From contig OZ024742.1 in the NCBI GenBank assembly GCA_964016885.1, forward strand, positions 249,302,001 to 249,366,000: a stretch of 64,000 nucleotides of DNA, read 5' to 3'. Under the pieces are notes generated by a model that searched no databases, was not told the origin of the DNA, and saw only the letters and a program-made list of their open reading frames with translations. Position 1 is the stretch's first letter, and the number at the start of each line of letters is the position of its first letter. This document shows, piece by piece, positions 1-17,397 of the stretch. This stretch comes from Eledone cirrhosa (Eukaryota). Both the position numbers and the translations under genes were made by a program.

Positions 1-189
1 CCTTGAAATATATATATATATATATTTTATATAAATATATTATATATATATTTATATCATATATATATATATACATAACTTTTTCTTTTTTTCTTTTCAC
101 TTCATAAACCTTGTTTGTAAATAACATTATTCTTTCTGCACCGTTTCTTTAACATGTGCAACATCACCATTCTACACCAATACACATCA

Positions 190-231
190 CTATCATTTGA
201 TAATGCATAAAAATCCTGAAACCGGTAATAG
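190..231 (+). ncRNA. Degenerate minimal type I hammerhead ribozyme motif, U3-A8 core variant, in a PLE-like remnant
   Basis: TTGATAA (197-203), short stem II, GAAA, palindromic ACCGGT stem III and a GTA cleavage triplet; stem I is imperfect. Confidence 0.45.
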
Positions 232-960
232 ACAATTATTAAATATATAAATAGATAAATAAATGCCATTGTTAATTAATAAATAAATCGACTAATACCT
301 TAACACTTTACACAAAGTAAAATATTTCGTAAAATATATATATATATATATATATATACATCCATACATACTTGTGTGTACGTATGTCTGCATCAATGTA
401 TAAATAATAGAGTTACGAACAGAAACTGTTTTCTTATAAAACAATAGAAGACAAAAACAAAAAACAAAACAAAGACGCTACTTAAAAAAACCTGTGATTG
501 CGATCTTCAGTTCTGTGTGGAATATTTTTGGAGAAAAAAGACTGAAAAACTGACAGATAGACAGACATACAAACAGACACACACATATATATATACACTC
601 ACATACACACGGATACACACACACATATACATACACACACATACACATTCATGTAAAGGGATATATATCAACTATCAATCTCTCCAACTCTATCCATCTC
701 TCTGTTTTGTCTCTGTCAATTTACTCCTTCCACTCTCCCCCTTCTCTCTCTCTCTCTCTCTCAGCCCCTTCTCTCTCTATCTATCTATCTCACCCCCCTA
801 TCTCCCTCTCTGACCTTTACACACTCAAGCATATGCATTCCTGTAAAATATCATTTCATCTAAATGTATTTTTTCACGTACGCGCACACTCATACACATG
901 GACACATATATGAAAAAATATATATACTACTGCTGTATATATGTATATATATATGAACAC

Positions 961-1882
<922 letters not shown>

Positions 1883-2097
1883 GTATAAATAGTAACATTA
1901 AGTGAAGGAAAATAACGATATATTTAAAATAATATTATCATCTTCAATATCAGCATTATAATCACTATCATGGTAATCATCATCATCATTAAGAAGAACA
2001 AAACATCGTATTCAGCAGCAACAGAAACGCGTAGTCTTGATGACCGTACTATAGTTTACTACAATATTAGATATTAAGTTGTATATAATATTTTCAT

Positions 2098-2150
<53 letters not shown>

Positions 2151-2326
2151 CTCTCTCTTCGCTTCTCATCTATCACAGGCTGTATTTTGATATCATATCA
2201 TGCTAAATTACTTTGCTTGAGCAAAACAGAAATCTAGTAGCCTTGATCGCTACATTATAGCATAGTATTATATATACATATATATATTTATATATATGTA
2301 TATATATACATATATATACATTTACA

Positions 2327-2395
<69 letters not shown>

Positions 2396-2411
2396 CTACA
2401 ATGTAGCGGTA

Positions 2412-2469
<58 letters not shown>

Positions 2470-3149
2470 TAATGCAAAAATAGCAGAAACTAAATATTCA
2501 GCTATGTTATTTATCTAGCACGTGTTTCTACGAAGAAATAAGAAGAAAAACAATCAGTAAAATCCTTGCTTAAGATTCATCGTATAATGGTTGTATTTAC
2601 GCATCAAAATTTGAACCTAACTCCATGAATTATCAATTAATATTGTTTATATTTCTTTCGCCCCGAGAAGACAGATATCATCAAGTAAGCAATGTAGATA
2701 TAATGACATATCCTGATAACTTCGACAAATTCATGTGATATGATAAACAATATATCGCTATTAATATACCTTTAATAACTACGCTGTATTTCAAATTATG
2801 AACTCACTCTTCTAACAAATAAAGGGATATTAAAAAAGAAGGTAAAAAAGAAATATAGTACATGAAATGTAGGTTCGAATGAAAACTGCTTTACAATATT
2901 TCCTGAAAAAGATATTAACAATAAAATTAAAATAAACAATTAAATGTCATATTAGCAATATTATTAAAAGTTTAATAAAATTACGAGTAAAATGTAGCAA
3001 GTGTCTAGAAAATATGATCTAATAATATTTGTAAAAAATTTATGGAATGAACTTATGGAATGAAGTTTGTGGCACATCAACATACGACGTTTCTAGGGCA
3101 TTTGTAAACCGTGCGGACCTCATTTCCTGTCCAGTAATAAAGCATATTT

Positions 3150-3227
<78 letters not shown>

Positions 3228-3229
3228 TT

Positions 3230-3287
<58 letters not shown>

Positions 3288-3618
3288 AGATAAATCTACC
3301 AAAATATACGGTAGCGTCCAATCCGTATGAAGCACTCAATGTAATCCAAATATCATGAAAAGAGAAGATGCATTCAAACATATTCGATGAAAATCACAGG
3401 AAAACAGAGTCAGGATAAATTAATAAAAACAATGAATAAAAACAAAGAACAAGTTCCTTGTATTAAAAAATTCATCATTTTACGTTCGTTTCTAGGATAT
3501 ATATGTGTGTTGGTATGTATATCATATAGATCTATGTAAAAATATTACAAACTATCAGAGGAAATATACATACCTTCACACACATATATGCTGTCTTCAG
3601 AAATAATTTATTTCTATA

Positions 3619-5272
<1,654 letters not shown>

Positions 5273-5274
5273 TA

Positions 5275-5860
<586 letters not shown>

Positions 5861-5970
5861 TCTCTCTCTCTCTCTCTCTCTGCCTCTCTCTCTCTATATA
5901 TATATATTTATATATATATATATATATTTATATATACTTTCAGACGTTCAATCATCTGGCAGGAAGGTAT

Positions 5971-6013
5971 ACGGTGCTGACGATAGTTAATAAGCTTGAA
6001 ACTAGTACATCGT
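5971..6013 (+). ncRNA. Minimal type I hammerhead ribozyme with intact core
   Basis: acggtg CTGACGA t-agt-taataa-gct-t GAAA ctag TA catcgt; 6-bp stem I; palindromic ACTAGT stem III; GUA cleavage after 6007. Confidence 0.85.
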
Positions 6014-6214
6014 TCCTTTGTCAGTGTTGAAAAAAAGGGCAACGATGGTTGCTAAACACTGTACGGCTTAATACGGGATGTTTGTTTACAAACAAACTGA
6101 GCATTATAATAAATGCTCGGTAAAACCATACGTACATATATAAATGTGTGCATGTATGTATATATATACGTACTACTGTGCGTCTGTATACATATATGTA
6201 TGTACGTATACATA

Positions 6215-6247
<33 letters not shown>

Positions 6248-6504
6248 TGCCAAAACTGGAATTGAACCATCAGCACAGTTGAGGTATATCAGACATCAAT
6301 TTATTTCATATGATAAGGACATACTGATGAAACAGCTCAGTACCTCTGAAATATATATAATAAAATATATTTGATCACATGAATGTCTATATTTATTAAT
6401 ATTTTGAAATAATATTAATAACTCCAGAAAACCAATAGTTGAGTGCTTCTAATCTATTGTAAAACTATATTCATTGATTAATCAATGAACCTTGTTAAAC
6501 TTTT

Positions 6505-6573
6505 GGTTATATAAAATAAAGTACCAGTAATGAACTGGGTAATTGCTGGCCTTGTGCCTAAAGTAGAAACAAT
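6505..6573 (+). mobile_element. 3' fragment of the tRNA-derived SINE
   Basis: aaaataaagtaccagtaat...ggccttgtgcctaaagtagaaacaa matches the full copies at 31013 and 45443. Confidence 0.8.
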
Positions 6574-6589
6574 ATATATATATATATAT

Positions 6590-6836
6590 AAAGGAGGAAA
6601 TTGTAGTTTACTTGAAGCATTGCACAGTGAGGTATAAACGTTTGGAGTTAGAAGACCAGAACAATGCAGGTATGGATATAGAATATAAATACAAATTCGA
6701 AATATATTGCTGACAATTGGTCTTTTAATTTAAATTTATTTGAATATTCTTAATTTTCGAGATAATATCTCTTCTTCGGAGGGAAGTAAAGGGGTTAATC
6801 CAGTATTCTAATTAGCTTGCCAAGTCATGCTGACAG

Positions 6837-6840
<4 letters not shown>
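6590..6840 (-). mobile_element. PLE-like pLTR remnant with an HHR-like motif (CCGAAGA core) at ~6748-6785
   Basis: Reverse complement reads ct CCGAAGA a-gagat-att-atctc GAAA at TA ag; flank is similar to the 9360-9750 element. Confidence 0.55.
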
Positions 6841-6875
<35 letters not shown>

Positions 6876-6904
6876 AATAGTATACATATATATATATAAC
6901 TAGT

Positions 6905-7098
<194 letters not shown>

Positions 7099-7111
7099 AG
7101 AAGAGAGAAAT

Positions 7112-7225
7112 AATCAACACCAGTACTAGACTGGTACTTTTATCGATCTCGAATGGATGAAAGGCATGTGTTGACTTCATTGGGAATTGAACTGAGAGAA
7201 CAAAGAACCGAAACGAATACCGCAA
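7112..7225 (-). mobile_element. Old, diverged SINE fragment
   Basis: ggtacttttatcgatctcgaatggatgaaaggc...gggaattgaactgag resembles the reverse complement of the SINE core and B box. Confidence 0.6.
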
Positions 7226-7752
7226 AGCAATTCTATCCGCCCCTAAATGACACTAAGTAACACATAATAGTTAACTGAATTATTATTATGCAATATTATC
7301 TATCCTTTAAACAAGTAATTGAATCTCACTTGTCTCATTCAAACTTAAATATGTTAAGTTTAGACATATATTTTTAATTTTAGACAGATTACTTAAAGCA
7401 AGGCATACATACACATAGAGATTAATAATATGCAATGCAAATAGTAGATTATTAATCCATAGATAATTTAATTATGCCAATCGTAACAAAACGGATATTA
7501 CAAAACTAATTTATTAATTACGGTGAAGCCGTAGCTCACTTTAATATACAAGTATTAAATTATTATTTTGCATTATGAATATAAAGAGAGAACTGCGAAA
7601 AACTGGGGAGATTCGATATCCTTTGCTGATTGTGAAATTACTTAGAGCTTGAAATATTTATTATTAGCATAACTCTCCATTTTCTAGAATATTTATCCTT
7701 TACACAAATACATATACAAACGCACACAGGCACACACACATATACACACAAA

Positions 7753-7850
<98 letters not shown>

Positions 7851-7893
7851 CACACACATATATATTTATAAATACATATATATATATTCATAA

Positions 7894-7942
<49 letters not shown>

Positions 7943-7945
<3 letters not shown>

Positions 7946-8250
7946 AACTATTGTCATCTTGCCTGACGGTTTGAACTTTACAACACCACCTACCTCTTTG
8001 AGTGCAAATACCAACCCTACTAGCACCTACAAACTGACCAATGAGAATTAAGACTACTCCTGCTGACAACATTAAATTATTCCTAACAAGCTCATATGTC
8101 CCAAGGCTCTGATACCATCAACACTATAAACACAGAGCTGGCATATCTAAGAACTCACTAACTGCCTGATGAGGTCATAGCTATCATCGAAATATATATA
8201 GCAGTAAATAAAGGATTATGAGTTCATGCAATTGACTTATGTTTTCGTCA
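7943..8250 (+). mobile_element. 3' end of a Penelope-like element inserted in (TA)n
   Basis: Starts with GT..LPDGLN, like the PLE endonuclease C-terminus, followed by an HHR and AATAAA. Confidence 0.65.
8161..8205 (+). ncRNA. Minimal type I hammerhead ribozyme with intact core
   Basis: actgc CTGATGA ggtcatagctatcatc GAAA tatata TA gcagt; perfect 5-bp stem I; palindromic stem III; AATAAA directly after. Confidence 0.85.
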
Positions 8251-8257
8251 CTATATA

Positions 8258-8392
<135 letters not shown>

Positions 8393-8529
8393 ATGTAAAA
8401 GGTAAACAGAAGGAGTGAATTCCAATGCATTTAATGCAACAATGGATGGAAGTCCCAAGCAGGTTTTAAAAGTCACTCGAGGACTCACAAACATCAATAA
8501 AGAGATATTATTTGTCAGTCATGGTAATA

Positions 8530-8649
<120 letters not shown>

Positions 8650-8699
8650 TGTATATATATAGATATAGGAGCTAGTTCCGTTATGTGCCACCTTCAGGA

Positions 8700-9170
8700 T
8701 TCGGTAACCAGAAGTACGTGTAAACGCCAAACTCGCTATCTTTAATTCGGCATTCGTGTTAACCCTACCTAGGTTTACGAATCTTGGGTAATGACCGAAA
8801 GAATACTATCCGAAGGGAACCGGCAGAAATTGGTTTACGCCGAACGGTCTATGGACGAACATTACTCGATAGAGTTCAGAGAGCAGAGAGTCACTTCAAG
8901 TAGAGCTTCTACTCCCTCGAATTGAGAGATCACAAGCTCTGGCTCTGTGGGCATGTGGTTAGAACGTTTCAGGAAAGAATCGCTGGACTAATGCTACCTA
9001 TAAAGCAAACCGGCAGGATGGTTGGATAACATCCATGAGCTTAGCTGGTTTCGCTTGGGGATCTGGCCGGATCAGTGGTAGACAGTTGCTTCTAACAGCG
9101 CCCGCTAGAAGGAGAGTTTGAGGATTCTACCTGCAACCCTGTGCAAAAAAGTGATCAAAGGAATGAGGAA
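8700..9170 (+). mobile_element. Degenerate 3' fragment of an RTE-clade LINE followed by a (GAG)n(AAG)n tail
   Basis: Fragmentary translation ..[43 protein letters not shown]; same family as 41955-42550. Confidence 0.7.
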
Positions 9171-9171
9171 A

Positions 9172-9177
9172 GAGGAA

Positions 9178-9209
<32 letters not shown>

Positions 9210-9360
9210 GGAGGAGGAGGAGGAGGAGGAGGAGGAGGAGGAGGAGGAGGAGAAGAAGAAGAAGAAGAAGAAGAAGAAGAAGAAGAAGAAGAAGAAGAAG
9301 AAGAAGAAGAAGAAGAAGAAGAAAAAGAAAAAGAAAAAGAAAAAGAAAAAGAAAAAGAAG
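9172..9360. repeat. (GAG)n-(AAG)n-(AAAAAG)n polypurine tract
   Basis: Directly visible. Confidence 0.95.
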
Positions 9361-9750
9361 AATATTTATGTATGGAATGCGAAGTTTGAAGGCCATGACA
9401 ATGCGATATGGAGGAACTAGAAAATAAGACAAAACAAGATGTTATGTGTTACCTTATTTGTTTATCTGTCTTGATATTTACAGATAAAATCTCTTCTTCG
9501 TAAGTATATAACAAGGGACAGGTCCTGAATCGGTAAACGTGCTAATATTCCGGATATGTCACTTGTTATATTCCTCCGAAGAAGAAATTTTTTCTCGAAA
9601 TATCAGGAGAGATAAATAAATAAAGTAACACATAACATCTTGTTTCATCTTATTTACTTCTTCGTCCATTTCTCATTGTAGTGCCCTTCAAACATCGCAT
9701 TTTTCTATGTCATACACAACACAATGTTTCAAGAAAACTAAAACTTTCTC
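9360..9750 (+). mobile_element. Fold-back PLE-like element with an HHR-like motif (CCGAAGA core) at 9571-9609
   Basis: Arms ~9375-9520 and ~9555-9705 are inverted; tail 9705-9750; ttcct CCGAAGA a-gaaat-ttt-ttctc GAAA ta TC aggag. Confidence 0.7.
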
Positions 9751-9872
9751 ATATATATAATTATATATATATATATATATCAAAATCTGGTCCCTTACGA
9801 TTTGAACACATATATATATCTGTGCTTATCTCTCTTTATTATATTGAATTGTATATATATACATATATATAA

Positions 9873-9959
<87 letters not shown>

Positions 9960-9962
<3 letters not shown>

Positions 9963-10091
9963 GATGGCTGCCCCCTCGTTATCGAGTATGGCCATTGCAC
10001 GAGAAAAAAAATAAAAATAAAAATAATAATAAATAAATAAATAAAAAGAAAAAAAAAAGAAATATATATATATATATATATACATATACAT

Positions 10092-10145
<54 letters not shown>

Positions 10146-12120
10146 ACACATATACACACACACATACATTAATAACAATAATAATAATAATAATAATAAC
10201 AACAATAATAATAACGACAACAACAATAATAATATAACATATACATATACATACACACACACACGCACACACATAAGCATATCTACACACACACACACAC
10301 GATAGCAACTAACAGCGTTGCGATCGAATGTGGCTTTTTAGCCCAGCCAATGATCTAAAATGACTTGCACAGAGTCGGCAACCAAAACATTCACTGGGAA
10401 TAGTCGGCTGTGGTTGGAGTTCGTGTACTTTTGCATGTCGCTTGAGCCCTCCTGCTGATTTACATTCTCTACCACATGTTTGGCAAGCATGATGAGTAGC
10501 ATCTCCAACAGCAGCCTGGTAGTCAACCACTGGTCTTACCTTATGACTGCGAAGATGACTTTCGAGTCCAGCTTTGCTTAAGCAGAGTCTCGCACATACG
10601 CTGCATGTCAGCACCATAGGAGGACCTCGCCGTCTGGAAGTGCAACAGCAATGCCCTTCCTCACATCCCGCTTTACTTTCTCGTATGCGATTCGAGATGC
10701 CTCAAAGGCAACTTTTACCTCATATACAGTCTTTCTCCATTTATACGATCAGCAGCAATAGTCTCCCATGTATCAGCAGAGATGTTAGCGTCTTTCAGAG
10801 AGGCTTTCAAGGAATCCTTATACCTCTTTTTTGGTTTATATGGCGGTCGTTTTCCTTTAACCAACTCTCCATTATAGAGATGTTTTGGTATTCTAGAATC
10901 CTTCATCCTGGCAAGGTGACCACTCCAACGGAGTCGTTGCTTAACCACAACAGCTTCTATACTGTCACACAGAGCTTTCCAAAATCTCGACATCACTGAT
11001 GTGGTCCCTCCAGTGAACGCCATGGATCCGTCTGAGACATATCTGATGGAAACGCTTCAATTGCTTAAGGTGGTGTCGATATGTGACCCAGGTCTCGCAG
11101 TCGCAGGCATAAAGAAGACAAGAGAGCAGACATGCCCTGTACACCTTTACCTTTGTCCTCCTGCATATGTCTCGCCGACCCTACAGTCGCCTTTCTAGCT
11201 TTCCGAAAGCATCACTTGCTTTCCTAATCCTAAGTGAGATTTCACTGTCAAGGTTGCCGTATCGATTGACAGTGCTTCCCAGGTAGACAAACTGATCAAC
11301 CACTCCAAGTCGTTTGCCATACACATAGATGTTTGCTTCAGTGTACTGCTTACCAGGGGCAGGTTGGTACATGACGGCGGTTTTCTTGAGACTGACAGTC
11401 AGACCTAGGGCAGTGCAAGCGTCAGAAAATGCATTCAAAATGTGCTGCTTATCACTCTCTGTGTGCGCTACAAGATCGCAATCATCTGCATACAAGAGCT
11501 ATCTTATAATTGATGTAAACACTTTTGTCTTCGCAGCAAAGCGCCTGATGTTAAATATGCTGCCTGAGGTTCGATATCGGATGTAAACACCATGCTCGCA
11601 ATTCCTGAATGCAATACAGAAAACCATTGCAAAGTATATGGCAAACAGGGTCGGTGCTGGAATATCCCCCTGATTCACTCCATTTTTTACTGAGATAGGC
11701 TCCGACATGTTACCTCCGACATTAACCCAAGCCTTCATGTCGTCATGGAAATACCTAACTAAAGCAAGGAACTTATCAGGGCAACCAAGTTTCTGGAGAA
11801 CCTTCCATAATGCATCTCTGTTAACAGTATCGAAAGCTTTTGTCAGGTCGACAAAAACCTGATACAGATCCAAGCCTTGTTCCATGCACTTCTCCTGGAG
11901 CTGTCTAGCTGAGAAGATCATATCAGTAGTGCCGCGTCCAGCACGAAAACCAGATTGACTTTCATGAAAAACACAATCTGCAATGTGTGTCAGCAGACGG
12001 TCCAGAAGCACCCTACATCAAAATTTCCCTACGACAGAAAGCAATGATATACCTCTGTAGTTCCCACAATCGTTCCTGTTACCCTTTCCCTTGTACAAGA
12101 CCACCATTACTGCATCTCTC
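9960..12120 (-). mobile_element. 5'-truncated RTE/BovB-like LINE (RT pseudogene with three C-terminal C2H2 fingers; 3' terminus at ~9960)
   Basis: NYRGISLLS, ESQSGFRAGRGTTDMIF, FVDLTKAFDTVNR, GVNQGD, YADD, FVYLGS, RLRWSGHLARM; frameshifts and stops; terminal ggccatactcgataacgagggggcagccatcat. Confidence 0.92.
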
Positions 12121-12137
12121 CATACATACATACATAC

Positions 12138-12418
<281 letters not shown>

Positions 12419-13171
12419 GTGCGTGTGTGTGCGTGTGTGTGTGGTGTGTACATTGTGTAAAGCTGGAATTTTTGAGCTTTCGAAGCGATGAAGAAATGTA
12501 TTTATATAAGAAAACATACGATGCTAAATCGCAGAAAATAACTGCAATTAGAGTCAGTAGGTATAAATCAGCTTATGAAAATCTGGTAAAGCATTAGGGA
12601 CGGAAAAAAAAGTATTTGAACGCAGCCGCCACCAATATTCGAACCGTATATCACTCTGCTACCAACTGAGATAACGTGAATGATATACATAAAAGATAGG
12701 TATTATGGAAAATAATGTGACAGTATCATCAGGAATTGAAAAACTAATCCGATACGTATCGGACAAGAGGATGGAGGAGCCTATTTAGCGTGTGTAAATG
12801 TGTCACCGGAATAAAAATGTAACCGCATTAAACATATCACATGACGAACAGCAACAGAACAGGAATAATTAGTTTACCGCCAGCCGATAAATCACACCAA
12901 CAATTTCATCAAAGTCAACTGGATAATTCATATGTCATATTTAGCTGGTAGGTAAATATATTATGTTTCAATTTTGTGCAATATATTTCATGGGCAAACA
13001 CAACGTGTTGTTGTTGAGACCGACTTGTGTTTTCCATAACACATATATTACCCAACATGTCTGATAACATCATGCCAATAATAGTATAATGGTATGAATG
13101 ATTAATAAAGACTGACGCCACAGAAATGCATATAACAGCAAATCACATAATATGGGAAATTGTGGAAATCT

Positions 13172-13346
13172 AGCCTGCGTGGCAGTATCGGTAGAGAGTC
13201 GGACACCATGCTTTGAAGCATAGAGTTACGTCCCTTTACGGTCTGAGTTCAAATCCCGCCTTTCATCCTTACGGGGTCGATAAAATAAAGTACCAGTAAT
13301 ACACTGGTTAATTGCTGTCCTTGTGCCAAAAGTAGAAACAATTATT
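13172..13346 (+). mobile_element. tRNA-derived SINE
   Basis: A box tggcagtatcgg, B box gagttcaaatcc, core gcctttcatccttacggggtcgataaaa, tail ccttgtgccaaaagtagaaacaattatt. Confidence 0.9.
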
Positions 13347-13361
13347 GTATACATACACCAT

Positions 13362-13783
<422 letters not shown>

Positions 13784-14557
13784 TACACAGAACACATCTT
13801 GCAGTCAGTATTCAGTTTCAGAAGCGAACAAAAGATAACTTTGTGTATATACCTATTGTTGAAATAGAGAATATGGTGAAATTGAGAAGTATGCGATGTT
13901 TTAGATATTCTGTAACCTATACGACCAATAAGGTTTAGAATTTAAGAAATATATAGCACCATTATTGCTTTAGATGTAATGAAAAATAGAGCATCAATGT
14001 TATAATAGACTCTATGAAAATACAGCATCAATATTATTTGGATGTTTGAAACAGTTTGCGTCAGTATTGTTTATTGCCTGAGATGATATGCAAAATATAC
14101 CAACGAAGATTTCGATGTCGTGTCAAGATTCACTGAAGAACTCGGAGACAAAATACTATAAATGCATTCTTCTAGCTCTTGTTTAGTGAAACGAATATAA
14201 TTCTATGTAAACAGAGGATTGTGTTGAGATTCTGTTTCAAACTAGAATCTGGACAATGTAAAGTAGCTTTGTCAAAATGATTTTCATATATGTCCATTAA
14301 AATGTAACTCAGAACTGATCTATCACCCTACAGCAGAATAGGAGCTTCTCTAAGAAAAGGGAGGAGCGAAATTAGGTTTTGGAACCACTCAAGTACTATA
14401 CAGTGTATAAACACAACCAATGCCAGTGAAAACATAGATGCATGCATACATGCATACATATATACAGACATACATACATGCATACACACACACACACGTA
14501 TATATATATGTATAATGCTCACACATACTCTTACACACACCCTTATATATATATATA

Positions 14558-14626
<69 letters not shown>

Positions 14627-14774
14627 ATGTGTGTATGTATGTATGTGAGTATGTGTATGTGTATGTGTGTATGTGTGTATGTATGTGTGTATGTGTGTAT
14701 GTGTGTATGTGTGTATCTATGTGTGTATGTATGTGTGTATGTATGTGTGTATGTATGTATGTGTATGTAATATA

Positions 14775-14985
14775 TGTCGTGAGTTTGATTCCTGGGCTGC
14801 GTGTTGTGTTCTTCAGCAAAATACTTCAGTCCACGTTGCTCCAGTATACTCAGCTGAAAATGAGTACCAGCAATATGTGGGGGTTTAACCCTGCGATGAA
14901 CTGGCGTCCTTTCCAGTCTTGTATTCTAAGTCTCTTCACGCTATGAAACCGGGATAAGCACCGGCCAAATGAGCCTGTTGGCTTT
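14775..14985 (+). mobile_element. Second SINE family, 5'-truncated
   Basis: B-box-like gagtttgattcc, then gttgtgttcttcagcaaa...aaaatgagtacc...cctgcgatgaactggcgtcc...gaaaccgggataagc, resembling conserved metazoan SINE domains. Confidence 0.6.
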
Positions 14986-15526
14986 AGACAGATTTTAGAG
15001 CTTAGACATATGTATATATATATATATATATATGCAAAATGTGTGTGTGTGTGTGTTTCCATAGAAACCTATGCACCATTTGTGGGTCATATATCCACGG
15101 CTCCTACAACATCGTAACCTGTAAATTATGAATATAATGTAGATATTTTGATAATGTGGGTAATTTGTACATAATTTGTTTGTAATATTCATAGTTATAT
15201 ATCTCAAAACAGAAACGCCTTTAGAAGTAGTAGATGTTAGGTTGATAACTTATGGCAAAAAAATATTGAGAATACATAGCAACTTAGAAATCTAAGTATG
15301 TAAAAACATTTGATATGCAAAAACAACACAACTTTCCTCCAAAACAACATAGCAACATAATGAAGCAATTTCCGAACAAAGTATGAACGAATAACGTACA
15401 CCTAAACTAATCTCGACATGCCAGATGCAAACATATCGAAAGACAATACAAAAACAATTATAAATCCCATATTATATATATGTATATATATATAAGTATA
15501 TGTATATATGTGTGTATGTATGTATG

Positions 15527-15598
<72 letters not shown>

Positions 15599-15606
15599 TA
15601 TATACG

Positions 15607-15776
<170 letters not shown>

Positions 15777-16225
15777 TATGTGTGTGTGCTATCGACGTGG
15801 CAAGGTAAAATATCAGATATTGTAGACGTTATTTGCAAAGATGGAGTCATTAAAATACAGATAATAAAGAAAATTTTACGGATAGACATAATAATCCCTA
15901 ATGTAAGATGAGAAGATATATTTCATTACATATTTTTAATTGAATAACGTCTGCTCATGCTGTTGTTATTAACGTTATATGCAATAAACATGACAACTAC
16001 AGAAGAACATTATACAACTACAAATATAAAAGCCAGCTATGCTAGAAATACAGATAGAATTTTAAACCCTTCAAGATCTCGTTTGTTGTCAATTTAACAA
16101 TTTCGTTACTAGATTTCTCACGATACATTATATTCTCCATACATCAATTACTGTTATTATTTTTTAAGGGAAGCTAAAAAGAGAGACAGAGAGAAAAAGA
16201 GAGAGATAGAGATAGAGATAGATAA

Positions 16226-16351
<126 letters not shown>

Positions 16352-16367
16352 TAGAAAGAGAGACAAT

Positions 16368-16537
16368 GAGGTGGATTGGCAGTATCGGTAGAGGGGTGGA
16401 CGCTATGCTTTGCAACATAGAGTTCAAATCCCGCCGAGGTTAACTTTACCTTCCATCCTTACGGGATCAATAAAAAAAAGCATCAGTAATGCATTGGGAT
16501 AATGGCTGGCCTTGTGCCAAAAGCAGAAACAATTATT
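16368..16537 (+). mobile_element. tRNA-derived SINE with a small internal deletion
   Basis: Same A/B boxes, core and tail as 31013. Confidence 0.88.
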
Positions 16538-17397
16538 TGTTAAGGGAATTAATAAAATAACTGATTCCAAAAATCATTAATCGTCTGTCTGATACATCAT
16601 TTAACAGGCAGGTTATATCGTTAGCGTTACTGATCCCGTGAACTTGAAGGTCATGCGAGCACGGACTAGTGTAGCACCTCCATCTCTACTCTATGCCAAT
16701 ATTTGGGCTCTCAGGATGACTTTACTTTCATTATTGGTAGGGAAATGCAGGGTAGAGCAACTATTTCTGCTGCGAATCAGATCTTGAGTTGGCAGGATGT
16801 TTCTACCTGTCCATTCCGAGATGCTATACACCAGTTTATATTTTGGAACGTCCTAGATTTCTTTTCCTGTAAAATATTCTTTAGCAGATGATTTTGGTCA
16901 GCCGATCAGATCTTGATATGCGACCGTGCAATCATATTCTCCTTTATTTTTTAGGCACATTTAGCAATGCTGGTCCATTAAATTTAATGTAGAATCCACC
17001 GATGAGCTTTCACTTACCTTCAGCAAGCCTAGATGTCCTCAAGGTTTTGATGGTGCAATAGTTTGATAGAAATTTAACAAAAAACGTGCTATGAAATAAA
17101 TCAAACTTCGAATACTATGATAGGGAAACAAACGTCAATGTCACCCAATAGAACGTATAATATTAAACATAGTATAAGTATTTTTAAAAAGTCTGAATAA
17201 CTCGTCGCTGTATAGTATTCATATACTCCCAGGCACACACACTCAAACACTCACACTCACACACACATATAAACGCACCCCCATACATATATATATATAT
17301 GTTTGTGTGTATAAATGTATGCATGTATGTGTGTATGTATATATGTATGTATGAATGCATGTACGCATATATATATGTATATATATATATATAAAAT

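Noticed and set aside
2170-3140. HHR-like remnants near 2175-2245, 2515-2590 and 3080-3130 (also 6270-6345 and 47015-47055)
   Set aside because: Only GAAA plus a palindrome-like half is discernible and the cores are too eroded to call
9118-9432. Poly-E/poly-K ORF
   Set aside because: Trinucleotide tail region of an RTE fragment
12620-12680. tRNA-like A/B boxes on the minus strand
   Set aside because: No complete cloverleaf; at most a decayed tRNA or SINE head
16570-17060. Possible degenerate coding remnant
   Set aside because: Stops in all frames and no motif I could assign with confidence
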